From an uncultured Actinomycetota bacterium (lineage in GTDB: Bacteria; Actinomycetota; Actinomycetes; Sporichthyales; Sporichthyaceae): a stretch of 64,000 bases of DNA. Within the stretch, counting starts at the first letter, position 1. Each line of letters opens with the position of its first letter. The stretch spans positions 4,622,585 to 4,686,584 of the forward strand of contig OY969798.1 of NCBI GenBank assembly GCA_963703165.1, written 5' to 3'. Below, piece after piece: positions 9,602-18,021 of the stretch. The notes under the pieces are model-generated. The model ran no database searches. It saw nothing but the letters and a program-made list of their open reading frames with translations, and had not been told where the DNA came from. A program made the translations under genes and the position numbers.

Positions 9602-11175
9602 CACGAGCCGTTGCCGTCGTCGGCAACGGGCCGGTCGGGCAGACCACGGCTTTGCTGTTTGCGCGGTGGGGGCTGCGCGTGGTGCTGCTCGATGCGCGGC
9701 CGACACGGGATCGGGTCGGGTCGAAGGCGATCTGCCAGCAGCGGGATGTGCTTGATCTGTGGGATTCCCTCGGCGCGGGCTGTTTGGCGACCGAGGGACT
9801 GACGTGGACGACGGCTCGGACCTTCCATGGCGAGCGGGAGCTGCACCACTGGTCGTTCGTGGACCGTGGATCCTCACCGTTGCCACCGTTCGTGAACATC
9901 GGGCAGCACCGGACCGAACAAGTGCTGGACGAGCTCATTGCCCGTCAGCCCCTGATCGACGTGCGGTGGGGGTGCGAGGTCCTCGGGCTCGAGCAGGACC
10001 AGCACGGCGTCCGGTTGAGCTGCGCGGACGGTTCCGCGGTGGAGGTCGGTCACGCGGTGGTGGCAGCGGGGGCGCACGCCACTTCCTTGCGCGAGGCGTT
10101 GGGGGTGAGCTTCCTCGGCGAGACCTTCGCTGATCGGTTCCTCATCTGCGACATCCGCGTCGACCTTCCGGGGTGGGAGAGCGAGCGGCGGTTCTGGTTC
10201 TCCCCGCCGTGGAATCCGGACCGGCAGGTGCTGATTCATCCGACCCCGGACTCGGTGTTCCGCATCGACTGGCAGGTCCCGCCGGACTACGACCTCGCCG
10301 CGGACGAGGCGAGCGGGGGACTGGACCGTCGGATCCGCATGATCGTGGGGGAGCGGCCCTACGAGGTCGTGTGGCGCAGCGTGTATCGGTTCTCGTCGTT
10401 GGTGGTTGATCGCATGCGGGTCGGGAGGGTGCTGCTGGCCGGCGACGCCGCGCATCTGATGGCACCGTTCGGGGCGCGCGGGCTGAACTCCGGGGTCGCG
10501 GACGCGGAGAACGCGGCCTGGAAGATCGCCGCGGTCGAGCACGGCTGGGCGCCGAAAGAGTTGCTCGCGACCTACGACTTGGAACGTCGCGCCGCTGCCG
10601 TCGAGAACCTCGAGATCACCGGGGCGACGATGCGCTTCCTCGCGCCGGCGGACGCCGCGCAGTGGGAGGCGCGGCGGTTGGCGCTCGCGGATGCCGATGC
10701 GGATCCTGAGGCCGCAGCGCGCATCGACTCCGGGCGGTTCGCCGAGCCCTACTGGTACGTCGACTCGCCGCTGACCACATCCAGTGTCGACAGGCCGTTC
10801 GTGGGGCGACCGCCCAAGGGGCATGCACCGGCGCCGGGGCCGGGGGTACTGATCCCGGACCTGCCGATCTCCGACCCGCACCGGCCCGAGGTCACCCGGC
10901 TGCGGCAGCTCGTCCGTGACGGGGTGCTGGTGTTGGTGAGCGGGGGCTTCGATGTGCCTGCGCTGGGGGTCGCTGTGAAGGATGCGGTCGCGGCACCGAC
11001 CCGGACGCTCGCATTCACCGATCTCGTCGGTGGCAGCGATCTGGTCGCCATGGTGGCCGCAGGGCCGGACGAGGCGTGGGTGGTCCGGCCGGACGGGCAC
11101 ATCGCCGCCGTCGTGCGCGTGGGTGATGGCAGCGAGGCCGTGGTTGCGGCGGTCCGGCGGGCATGGGGGTTCTGA
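9598..11175 (+). CDS. FAD-binding aromatic-ring hydroxylase (PheA/TfdB/MhpA class A flavoprotein monooxygenase)
   Basis: The GTG at 9598 overlaps the MBL stop (GTGA). Motifs: GxGxxG (VAVVGNGPVGQTTALLFARWGLRVVLLD), the DG motif (HAVVAAGAH), and GD...G...N.G..DA (VLLAGDAAHLMAPFGARGLNSGVADAENAAWKIA). Confidence 0.8.
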   Translation: MTRAVAVVGNGPVGQTTALLFARWGLRVVLLDARPTRDRVGSKAICQQRDVLDLWDSLGAGCLATEGLTWTTARTFHGERELHHWSFVDRGSSPLPPFVNIGQHRTEQVLDELIARQPLIDVRWGCEVLGLEQDQHGVRLSCADGSAVEVGHAVVAAGAHATSLREALGVSFLGETFADRFLICDIRVDLPGWESERRFWFSPPWNPDRQVLIHPTPDSVFRIDWQVPPDYDLAADEASGGLDRRIRMIVGERPYEVVWRSVYRFSSLVVDRMRVGRVLLAGDAAHLMAPFGARGLNSGVADAENAAWKIAAVEHGWAPKELLATYDLERRAAAVENLEITGATMRFLAPADAAQWEARRLALADADADPEAAARIDSGRFAEPYWYVDSPLTTSSVDRPFVGRPPKGHAPAPGPGVLIPDLPISDPHRPEVTRLRQLVRDGVLVLVSGGFDVPALGVAVKDAVAAPTRTLAFTDLVGGSDLVAMVAAGPDEAWVVRPDGHIAAVVRVGDGSEAVVAAVRRAWGF

Positions 11176-11186
11176 CACGCGCCGAA

Positions 11187-11216
11187 GGCCGGCCCGGGAG
11201 GTGTCCCGGACCGGCC
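11187..11216. terminator. GC-rich hairpin between convergent genes (candidate bidirectional intrinsic terminator)
   Basis: GGCCGGCCCGGGAGGTGTCCCGGACCGGCC forms a nested stem-loop 12 nt after the hydroxylase stop and 20 nt before the stop of the minus-strand gene at 11236. Confidence 0.35.
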
Positions 11217-11235
11217 TGAGGCGTGCTGGTTGCTA

Positions 11236-12399
11236 CTACGAGGAAGCGATGACGCCACGAGCCTCGAAGTCGTAGGTGGTGCCACCGATCTGCAGGGCGT
11301 CGACCGCACCGTGGAACTGGGAGTCACGGCCCTTGCTGATCGCGACGCTGTAGATCGTGGCGTCCGGCACCGCGGCGAGAGCCTGGACCAGGGTGCAGCT
11401 GTTGGCCGCGCCGCAGTTGGTGTCGGTGCCGGTGCCGCCGGTGAAGTACCAGTACCCGTCGGTGGACGCGAACTGGGTCCACGCGTTGCTCGTCGCGGCC
11501 TTGGTCGGGACGAAGTTCAGGGTGCTGTAGGTGCGGCCGGGCAGGTTCGGGTCGACCTCGATGGCGATGTTCGGCAGGTTGCCGGCGCTGATCGCGTTGT
11601 TCTCGCCGGTCTGGTAGACCGAGAAGCTCGGCGAGCCGATGGAGGACAGGGCGTCACCGGCGAAGTCGACCTCGTTACCGAAGGCGGCCTTGTCCGCGGA
11701 GGTGCCCACGTTGATCTCGAGGCTTCCCTTGCCGGACGGCACGTCGGCCAGCGGGCCGGGGCCCTGACGCAGCTGCGAGGTGGCCGAGCCGATGACGTTG
11801 CGCAGGACGCTGCCCCAGTTGGAGTCCACGGCGGCGGAGGCCTCGAGGGCGTCGACACGGGAGTCCAGCGCGGCCAGGTCGGCGTTCACCGCGGCGAGGC
11901 CTGCAACCAGATCCTCGATCGTGCCCTCGGCGGCCTTGATGCGCAGGCGCAGGTTCTCGAGCGCGGTGTCGATCTGGGTGTCCTTGAGCTCGAGCGCGGC
12001 GATGTCGGCGGCCGTCGCGGTGTCAGCGGCCTGCAGGTCCTCGATGTTGCCGAACGCCTCGTCGAACGCCATGCCGACCAGCTCGGCGAAGCCCTCGAGG
12101 CCCTCGTTGAGCTCGTCACGGGCGTCGTCGGACAGGTCCTTGAGCTCGAGCGAGCCGTTGCGGACCTCGGTGCCGCGGACGGTGCCGTTCTCGATGTCGC
12201 GCCAGGTGACCGAGTTGGTCTTGATGTCGGCGCCGGAGACGGTGCCGTTCTTGATGTCCGCGCCGGAGAGCGAGTTGTTCTTGACGTCCTTGCCGGTGAT
12301 GAAACCGTCGGCGGCGGCGGTGCCACCGAGACCCAGGGCCACGACGCCGACGGCGACGGCGGCGATGACGGTCGGACGGCGCAGGTTGTTGAGCTTCAT
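11236..12399 (-). CDS. secreted repeat protein of unknown function (signal peptide, N-terminal short repeats, coiled coil, C-terminal beta-rich domain)
   Basis: MKLNNLRRPTVIAAVAVGVVALGLGGTAAA signal peptide; repeats GADIKNGTVSGADIKTNSVTWRDIENGTVRGTEVRNGSLELKDL; an Ala/Leu/Glu coiled coil; a C-terminal domain with conserved Cys (TDTNCGAANSCTL). No enzymatic motif. Confidence 0.5.
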   Translation of the reverse strand: MKLNNLRRPTVIAAVAVGVVALGLGGTAAADGFITGKDVKNNSLSGADIKNGTVSGADIKTNSVTWRDIENGTVRGTEVRNGSLELKDLSDDARDELNEGLEGFAELVGMAFDEAFGNIEDLQAADTATAADIAALELKDTQIDTALENLRLRIKAAEGTIEDLVAGLAAVNADLAALDSRVDALEASAAVDSNWGSVLRNVIGSATSQLRQGPGPLADVPSGKGSLEINVGTSADKAAFGNEVDFAGDALSSIGSPSFSVYQTGENNAISAGNLPNIAIEVDPNLPGRTYSTLNFVPTKAATSNAWTQFASTDGYWYFTGGTGTDTNCGAANSCTLVQALAAVPDATIYSVAISKGRDSQFHGAVDALQIGGTTYDFEARGVIASS

Positions 12400-12595
12400 T
12401 TCGTGTATCCCCCGTGTGAGTGTCTCTGTGCGCCGTTCCCAACCGGTCGGCGTTGAAGACAACTCTGCGGTGGATCACGAAGATCTACATCGGACGTGCG
12501 GCCCGTCCTGAATCATGTGAATGATGAGTCGCCATCCACCTTTCGGGTGAGATCGGATGAACGCCACCAGAAAGGAACCTGAGCGCCAGACCGGC

Positions 12596-13462
12596 TCAAC
12601 GCTCCCAAACGAGCGGGAAGAGGTCACTGTCGATGCGCTCGCCAGGCGTGAGGTCGGGCAGGTCGACGTGGCCCATGAGCTCGATGTTGCTCCAGGCGTC
12701 ACCGGGGTGCGGCGCCCAGCGCACGTCGTCGCCGGTGTAGACGAGCGTCGTCGCCCGGCGGGCCGTGCGCGCCACGTTGGCGGGGCTGCCGTGCACGGCA
12801 CGGGGGTGGTGCAGGATCACGTCGCCCGGCTCGCACTCGCCGATCAGCCACTCGTGGCGGTGGTACTCGGCGCCGAAGTCGGGGATGGCTTCGAAGCCCG
12901 CGTTGTCGTACACGGAGGCGACCGGGTTGGACTCCTTGAAGCTGCGCGCCCGGTAGATCGGCCCACGGTGCGAGCCCTTGAGGTAGTGCACGGCGCCGTT
13001 GCCGGTGTTCACCACGTCGAGCGGGATCCACAACCGGAGAACCTGATCACCCGTCACGGAGGTGTAGGGCTGATCCTGGTGAAACGGCGTCACCTTCTTC
13101 GAACCGACCTCGCGGGCGAAGATCTGGTCGAAATACAGGTTGAGCCGCTTGGTCGGGGCGAGCACCTGGCGGGCGATCTCCACGCCGGGGCCGGACAGGG
13201 CCCACGCCCGGTGCACCGGGTCGAGGCGCCAGGCATAGGTCAAGGTGAAGAAGCGAGGGCCGTCGCCGCCCGCGAAGTCCATCGAGGGCACGCTCTCGGC
13301 CTGCATCAGGCGATCGGTCGCGGCGCGCAGCGCCTCGATCCAGGACATGGGCAGGATTCGGCGCAGGACGGTCGCGCCGTCCCGCCGGTAGTCGGCGATC
13401 TCGCCCGGCCCGACATTGCGAAGCGGCCCCTCGGTCGGGGCTACCTGTATCGCTCCGGTCAT
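12596..13462 (-). CDS. PhyH-family Fe(II)/2-oxoglutarate dioxygenase
   Basis: HxD...H facial triad context (FHQDQPY...AVHYLKGSHRGP...ILHHPRAVHGSP) typical of the phytanoyl-CoA dioxygenase family. The ATG at 13462 is preceded by a GAAAGGA ribosome-binding site. Confidence 0.7.
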   Translation of the reverse strand: MTGAIQVAPTEGPLRNVGPGEIADYRRDGATVLRRILPMSWIEALRAATDRLMQAESVPSMDFAGGDGPRFFTLTYAWRLDPVHRAWALSGPGVEIARQVLAPTKRLNLYFDQIFAREVGSKKVTPFHQDQPYTSVTGDQVLRLWIPLDVVNTGNGAVHYLKGSHRGPIYRARSFKESNPVASVYDNAGFEAIPDFGAEYHRHEWLIGECEPGDVILHHPRAVHGSPANVARTARRATTLVYTGDDVRWAPHPGDAWSNIELMGHVDLPDLTPGERIDSDLFPLVWER

Positions 13463-13489
13463 CACACCCATAGGTCCTTTCAATCACCT

Positions 13490-13537
13490 GCGACGTCCGA
13501 CGAACACCGTCCTACGGGTCAGTTCGTCGGACGTCGC
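13490..13537 (-). terminator. perfect 16-bp-stem hairpin downstream of the alkene/CoM operon
   Basis: GCGACGTCCGACGAAC-N16-GTTCGTCGGACGTCGC lies 14 nt after the stop of the last operon gene (13551) on the minus strand, followed by a T-containing tract. Confidence 0.5.
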
Positions 13538-13550
13538 TTGCGCAGTGAGG

Positions 13551-14654
13551 CTATTTCGTCAGCTCGGCACGGACGATCGCAGCGCCGTCGGCCAGGGCAC
13601 GGAGCTTGTTCTGCGCGATCATGCGCGGCAGGTTGATCAGCCCACAGTCGGTGCCCAACCCGAGCCGTTCGGCCGGAACGAACTCCATGACCGAGCGGAT
13701 GCGGTCCGCGACCTCGTCGGCGGTCTCCGTGATCGTGCTCTTCACGTCGATGACGCCGGCCACGAACGGCTTGTCCCAGTTGGCGTCGGCCAGCGGCTTG
13801 AGGTCGTCGGGTCCGGTGCGGCCGACCTCGTAGTTCAACGCGGTCACGTTCAGTTGGGTCACCTGCGGGAAGACGGCCTGGGCGCGGTGGGTGCCTGCGT
13901 TGCGGTCGCGGCTGCCGAGCACCGAGGCGTTCCAGACGTCCTTCTCCGTGTCATCGGGCGCGTAGCCGGGCGTGCCCGAGTAGTTGCCCCAGCAGGTGTG
14001 CACCCAGACGTCGCAGCTGACGCCCTCGACCGCGGTGTTGAAGGCGTCGACCTCCCAGTCGCCCATCCCGTAGGGCCAGACGAACTCGTCCATCTGGATG
14101 ATGTCGCAGCCGTTGTCGGCCAACTGCTTGAAGTCCTCGTTGAGGGCCCTGCCGATGGCCTGGGAGAGCTTCTTGATGTCGCCGTAGTGCGTATCGGTCG
14201 CGGCGGCTGCCAACACGCCCACGCCGCAGTAGGAGACCTTCACCGGCTTCTTGGTCGCCTTGCGCACGGCGCGCAGCGTGGCGAGGTGGAACGGGTGCTC
14301 CCGTTTGACGTCGCCGACGCAGGTGGGGGAGTAGAGCGTCGAATAGATCGGCAGCGGGATGGGCGGGCCGGACATCTTGAAGCCGGTCATCCGCTCGTAG
14401 TAGTGGTACACGAAGCCGGCGTAGGCGCTGTCGCCGCCGAAGACCTTGCCGTCGGAGATGATGTCGATCCCCGACATCTCCTGGTCGTGCACGATCGCCA
14501 GCACCGCGTCCTCGAGCGCCTCACGGCTGATCGTGTCGTAGATGAACTCGCCCTTGGGGAAGGTCGCGAACGCCTGCCCGTCGTACCACCGCGGATTCGG
14601 GTAGTTGCCGACCATCGAGGTGGGCAGAAGGATGTCTTGATTTCCGACTCGCAT
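13551..14654 (-). CDS. etnE: MetE-like zinc alkyltransferase; candidate epoxyalkane:coenzyme M transferase (EaCoMT, XecA/EtnE-like)
   Basis: The 367-aa protein has the cobalamin-independent methionine synthase C-terminal fold and Zn ligands (IQMDE, VHTCWGNY, GTDCGL). The ATG at 14654 has a GAGGAG ribosome-binding site. The gene sits directly downstream of 2-KPCC and a short-chain dehydrogenase in the same operon. Confidence 0.6.
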   Translation of the reverse strand: MRVGNQDILLPTSMVGNYPNPRWYDGQAFATFPKGEFIYDTISREALEDAVLAIVHDQEMSGIDIISDGKVFGGDSAYAGFVYHYYERMTGFKMSGPPIPLPIYSTLYSPTCVGDVKREHPFHLATLRAVRKATKKPVKVSYCGVGVLAAAATDTHYGDIKKLSQAIGRALNEDFKQLADNGCDIIQMDEFVWPYGMGDWEVDAFNTAVEGVSCDVWVHTCWGNYSGTPGYAPDDTEKDVWNASVLGSRDRNAGTHRAQAVFPQVTQLNVTALNYEVGRTGPDDLKPLADANWDKPFVAGVIDVKSTITETADEVADRIRSVMEFVPAERLGLGTDCGLINLPRMIAQNKLRALADGAAIVRAELTK

Positions 14655-14676
14655 GGGGCCAGCTCCTCTGGATCGA

Positions 14677-15411
14677 TCAGATCGATGTCCATCCACCGTC
14701 GAGCACGACGGCGGATCCGTTCATGTACGAAAGCCTGCCGGTGGCCAGCAGGGTGATTGCCTCGGCGATGTCGTCGGGAGCGGCGACTCGACCGAGCGGA
14801 ACCTTCGTCTCGATTGCCTCCCGTAGTTCCGGAACGTCCAACCGCCAGGCGGTCATCGGGGTGTGCACCATCCCGGGGCAGATGGCATTGGACCGGATGC
14901 CGGACGGTCCGTAGTCAACCGCCAGCGACTTCGCGAACATCAGGGCGGCACCCTTCGAGGTCGTGTACGCGCAGCGTCCAGGGAAGGCCACCATCCCTGC
15001 CACGGACGCGACAGTGATGACGTGACCGGACCTGCGCTCGAGCATGCCGGGAAGCACGGCGCGTGCACAGAGGTACGGGCCGCGAACATTGACCGCGTGC
15101 ACCCTGTCCCACTCCTCGATCGGGGTGGTGTGACAGGGCCCGGCCGCCGGGGAGCCGGTGATCCCCGCGTTCGCGACGAGCACGTCGACCCGGCCGAACT
15201 CGCGGAGGACGGCCTCGAAGGCGCCGCCGACGCTCGCTGCGTCGGCGACATCGACCTGAGCGGAGAATGCGGCGGAGCCGGCGACCTGCTTCGCCGCGTC
15301 GGCGTCCAGGTCGAGCACAGCGACCTGGAGACCGTCGGCGATCAGGCGCGCGCATGCGGCTGCCCCGATGCCGGAGCCGCCACCTGTGACCACCGCGACC
15401 GCGGCACTCAC
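14677..15411 (-). CDS. short-chain dehydrogenase/reductase; candidate 2-hydroxyalkyl-CoM dehydrogenase
   Basis: TGGGSGIG Rossmann motif, NAG, and a YxxxK catalytic motif (CAYTTSKGAA). The GTG at 15411 overlaps the 2-KPCC stop (GTGA). Length is 244 aa. Confidence 0.7.
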   Translation of the reverse strand: MSAAVAVVTGGGSGIGAAACARLIADGLQVAVLDLDADAAKQVAGSAAFSAQVDVADAASVGGAFEAVLREFGRVDVLVANAGITGSPAAGPCHTTPIEEWDRVHAVNVRGPYLCARAVLPGMLERRSGHVITVASVAGMVAFPGRCAYTTSKGAALMFAKSLAVDYGPSGIRSNAICPGMVHTPMTAWRLDVPELREAIETKVPLGRVAAPDDIAEAITLLATGRLSYMNGSAVVLDGGWTSI

Positions 15412-17006
15412 AGGTCGGTGAGATCCGTGTTGCCGGCGCGCAACCGGGAGAGTTGGATGAAGTGCTCCGGGTTGAGGAACAGCTCGTTCATCCACCCGAT
15501 CTCGTCGATCGTGATGCCCTTCTTGATGAGGTAGTCCAGATACTGGAACGCGTCCTTGGCGCCCATGCCGACGTGGTGCGCGCCGAGCATGCGGCGCGAC
15601 TTGTTGTCGTAGATGCACTTCTGGAATCCGGTCAGTTCCGGCCGGGTGTGCGCGTAGAGCATGGTGCCCTCCGACAACGGCAGGCAGATCTCGTCGTTGC
15701 GGATGCCCTTGGGCGGCATCTGAATCACCGTGATGTCGCCGTACTGCTCCCGGGCCTCCTCCTCGGACAGACCTACCCAGGTGACCTCGTACGTGGTGTG
15801 CAGGAAGTCGGGGTACTCCGAGAAGTCGAACTCGATGTCCTCCCCGGCGATGTTGCGGGCCGCGGTGACGCCGCACTTGCGGGCCTTGAACATCTCCATC
15901 GGGGAGCCGATGAGGTCGCCGATCGCATACACGCCCGGGACGTTGGTCTGCATGCGGCCGTTGACCTTCACGAAGCCCTTCTCGTCCACCTCCACACCGA
16001 GGGTGTCGACGTAGATCTGCGAGGCCGGACGTTCGCCGGTGCCGATGAAGACGAACGAGGTCTCGAAGATTTTCTCGGACCCGTCGGCAAGGCGCACCCG
16101 GACACCGGTGACCGCGCCGTTGATGTCAGCTGTGTCGCCGAGGACCTCGAGCGGTTCGCAGCCCTCGACGATGTCGATGCCGCGCAGCTTCATGTTATCC
16201 ACGACGTAGGTCCGCAGGTCTTCGTCGACGTGGTGCATGCTCTGCGTCCGCATCAGCGGGCTGCGGGACAGGATCGTGGTCCGGCAGCCGGCCGCCTGGT
16301 AGAAGGAGCCGTACTCCATCGCCACCTTGGACCCGCCGATGATCACGCAGCTGTCCGGCTCGAAGTCCAGGCCCGGGTCGATCAGCGAGGCGAAGTCGTA
16401 AACCCCCGGCCTGTCGAGGCTCAGGCCCTTGATCTCCGGCGGGACGTAGGTGTGCGCGCCGGTGGCGAGGACGAGGTTGTCCGAGGTGAAGATCCGTCCG
16501 GCGGCCTCGACGCGGAACTTGCCGTCCTCCGGGGGGAGCACCGTGGCCCACGCGTTGAGAATGTACTCCATGTCCAGTTGTTCCTTGGACTGCCAGTTCA
16601 TGAAGGCGTGCGCGTTGTTCCGGCCGTTCTTGAACAGGTTGATCATGTCGACGATCGAGGCCCTGGACTCATCGAACTTGGGGAACCAGAAAGTGTCGGA
16701 GTTCCAGCGCATGTAATCCATCTCGCGCGCAGCCTCGGAGAAGAGATGGTGCGGGACGCAGGCCTGGTGGGGGCATGAGCCACCGAGGAACGGCCACTTC
16801 TCGACGATGAGCTGGCGCAGCTCGCGGGCTTGGGCGAATGCCGAGCCGAAGCGCCCACCGGCCCCACCGCCGACGTAGATGACGTCGTAGTGGGTGCCCT
16901 TCTCCGTGTGCACATTCTCCAGCGGCTCGGTGACCTCACCAACCTCCGCCTGGTGGATGAGGGTCTCCCACTCGGCCATCGTCAGGTGCGTCTCGCGCAG
17001 GTCCAT
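15408..17006 (-). CDS. xecC: NADPH:2-ketopropyl-CoM oxidoreductase/carboxylase (2-KPCC, DSOR family, XecC-like)
   Basis: QLIVEKWPFLGGSCPHQACVPHHLF redox disulfide, MEMFKARK, DFLHTTYEVTWVGLSEEEAR, and a C-terminus FQKCIYDNKSRRMLGAHHVGMGAKDAFQYLDYLIKKGITIDEIGWMNELFLNPEHFIQLSRLRAGNTDL. This C-terminus carries F-x4-H (FLNPEHF) in place of the usual DSOR His/Glu. All of this matches Xanthobacter 2-KPCC as I remember it. The ATG at 17006 is preceded by an AGGAAGGA ribosome-binding site. Confidence 0.75.
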   Translation of the reverse strand: MDLRETHLTMAEWETLIHQAEVGEVTEPLENVHTEKGTHYDVIYVGGGAGGRFGSAFAQARELRQLIVEKWPFLGGSCPHQACVPHHLFSEAAREMDYMRWNSDTFWFPKFDESRASIVDMINLFKNGRNNAHAFMNWQSKEQLDMEYILNAWATVLPPEDGKFRVEAAGRIFTSDNLVLATGAHTYVPPEIKGLSLDRPGVYDFASLIDPGLDFEPDSCVIIGGSKVAMEYGSFYQAAGCRTTILSRSPLMRTQSMHHVDEDLRTYVVDNMKLRGIDIVEGCEPLEVLGDTADINGAVTGVRVRLADGSEKIFETSFVFIGTGERPASQIYVDTLGVEVDEKGFVKVNGRMQTNVPGVYAIGDLIGSPMEMFKARKCGVTAARNIAGEDIEFDFSEYPDFLHTTYEVTWVGLSEEEAREQYGDITVIQMPPKGIRNDEICLPLSEGTMLYAHTRPELTGFQKCIYDNKSRRMLGAHHVGMGAKDAFQYLDYLIKKGITIDEIGWMNELFLNPEHFIQLSRLRAGNTDLTDL

Positions 17007-17017
17007 GGTTGTCCTTC

Positions 17018-18016
17018 CTAGGGCGTGGCAGGCGTCTCGACGACCACCGCTGGGGTGAAGGCGTCGAAATAGATGTTCCGAGGCCGCACGCCGGCGCCGG
17101 TCAACAGCGGCACAGCGGCGGAGATCATGGGGGGCGGACCGCACAGGTACACGTCGTGGCTCAGGGTCGGGGACCAAGCGGCGATCGCGTCGGTCACGAA
17201 ACCGCCGACAACCGGGTGGAACTCGAAGCCGGGAAGTCGATCGCCGATGGCTGCGATCTCCTCGACGAGGTACAGGTCGGCCTCGGTGCGCGCTCCGAAG
17301 AAGAAGGTGATCGGGCGGTCGAACGCTTTGTCGGCGCAGTCACGGAGCAGCGACAGGATCGGCGCGAGACCGGAGCCACCGGCGATCATCAGCACGGGGC
17401 GGTGCGACAGGCGGATCCGTAGCTGACCGTACGGGCCGTGAACTCGGACGGGGTCGCCGGCGGTGGCCGCGCCGAGGAAGCGGGAGAACGCCCCGTCCGG
17501 GTACAGCTTGACGATCAGGTCGACCCGATCGTCCTGAGCCGGCGCGTTCGCCAACGAGAACGTTCGGACCAGGCCCGACGCGGGGACCTCCACGTTGACG
17601 AACTGCCCGGCGACGAAGGGCATCCGTTCGCCGACGATGCTCAGCCGGATGGCGGCGATGTCCGCGGTCAAGTGCTCGATCGAGTCCACCACGGTGTCGT
17701 AGGGCCGTGAGGTGTCGCCGGAGAGAAACTCGCCCTCGGTCAGCCCGGTGGGGTCGACGTCGACGACACAGTCCTCCAGTGGCACGCTCGCGCAGGCGAG
17801 CATCAGATCCTCGGCCCGGTCCTCGCTCGTCAATGCGAACGAGGACCCGTGCTCTTCGACGTCGCCGTCGACCAGTCGCACCTTGCAGGTCCCGCAGCCG
17901 CCGTACTTGCAGCCGTACTTGAGTAGCAGGTTGTTGCGCAGAGCGCCCTCGAGCACGGTTTCGGTGTCCGCGCACTCATACGAGTGCCCGAACGGCTCGA
18001 TGGTGATCTGCGGCAT
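17018..18016 (-). CDS. etnD: alkene monooxygenase reductase component ([2Fe-2S] ferredoxin plus FNR-like FAD/NAD domains; AmoD/EtnD-like)
   Basis: Plant-type ferredoxin cysteines (CKYGGCGTCKV...LACASVP), then RxFS (RTFSLAN) and a GGSGLAP NAD-binding motif. The ATG at 18016 lies 5 nt after the alpha-subunit stop. Confidence 0.8.
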   Translation of the reverse strand: MPQITIEPFGHSYECADTETVLEGALRNNLLLKYGCKYGGCGTCKVRLVDGDVEEHGSSFALTSEDRAEDLMLACASVPLEDCVVDVDPTGLTEGEFLSGDTSRPYDTVVDSIEHLTADIAAIRLSIVGERMPFVAGQFVNVEVPASGLVRTFSLANAPAQDDRVDLIVKLYPDGAFSRFLGAATAGDPVRVHGPYGQLRIRLSHRPVLMIAGGSGLAPILSLLRDCADKAFDRPITFFFGARTEADLYLVEEIAAIGDRLPGFEFHPVVGGFVTDAIAAWSPTLSHDVYLCGPPPMISAAVPLLTGAGVRPRNIYFDAFTPAVVVETPATP

Positions 18017-18021
18017 CGGAC

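Noticed and set aside
15453-16778. 441-aa + strand ORF, and similar + strand ORFs at 13416..14756, 18121..19455 and 20078..20893
   Set aside because: They are antisense to the 2-KPCC, EaCoMT, monooxygenase alpha and beta genes, whose minus-strand translations carry strong family signatures.
17007-17177. 57-codon upstream extension of the 2-KPCC ORF overlapping the reductase gene
   Set aside because: It overlaps the reductase coding region by 160 nt. The internal ATG at 17006 has a consensus ribosome-binding site and matches the N-terminus of characterised 2-KPCC.
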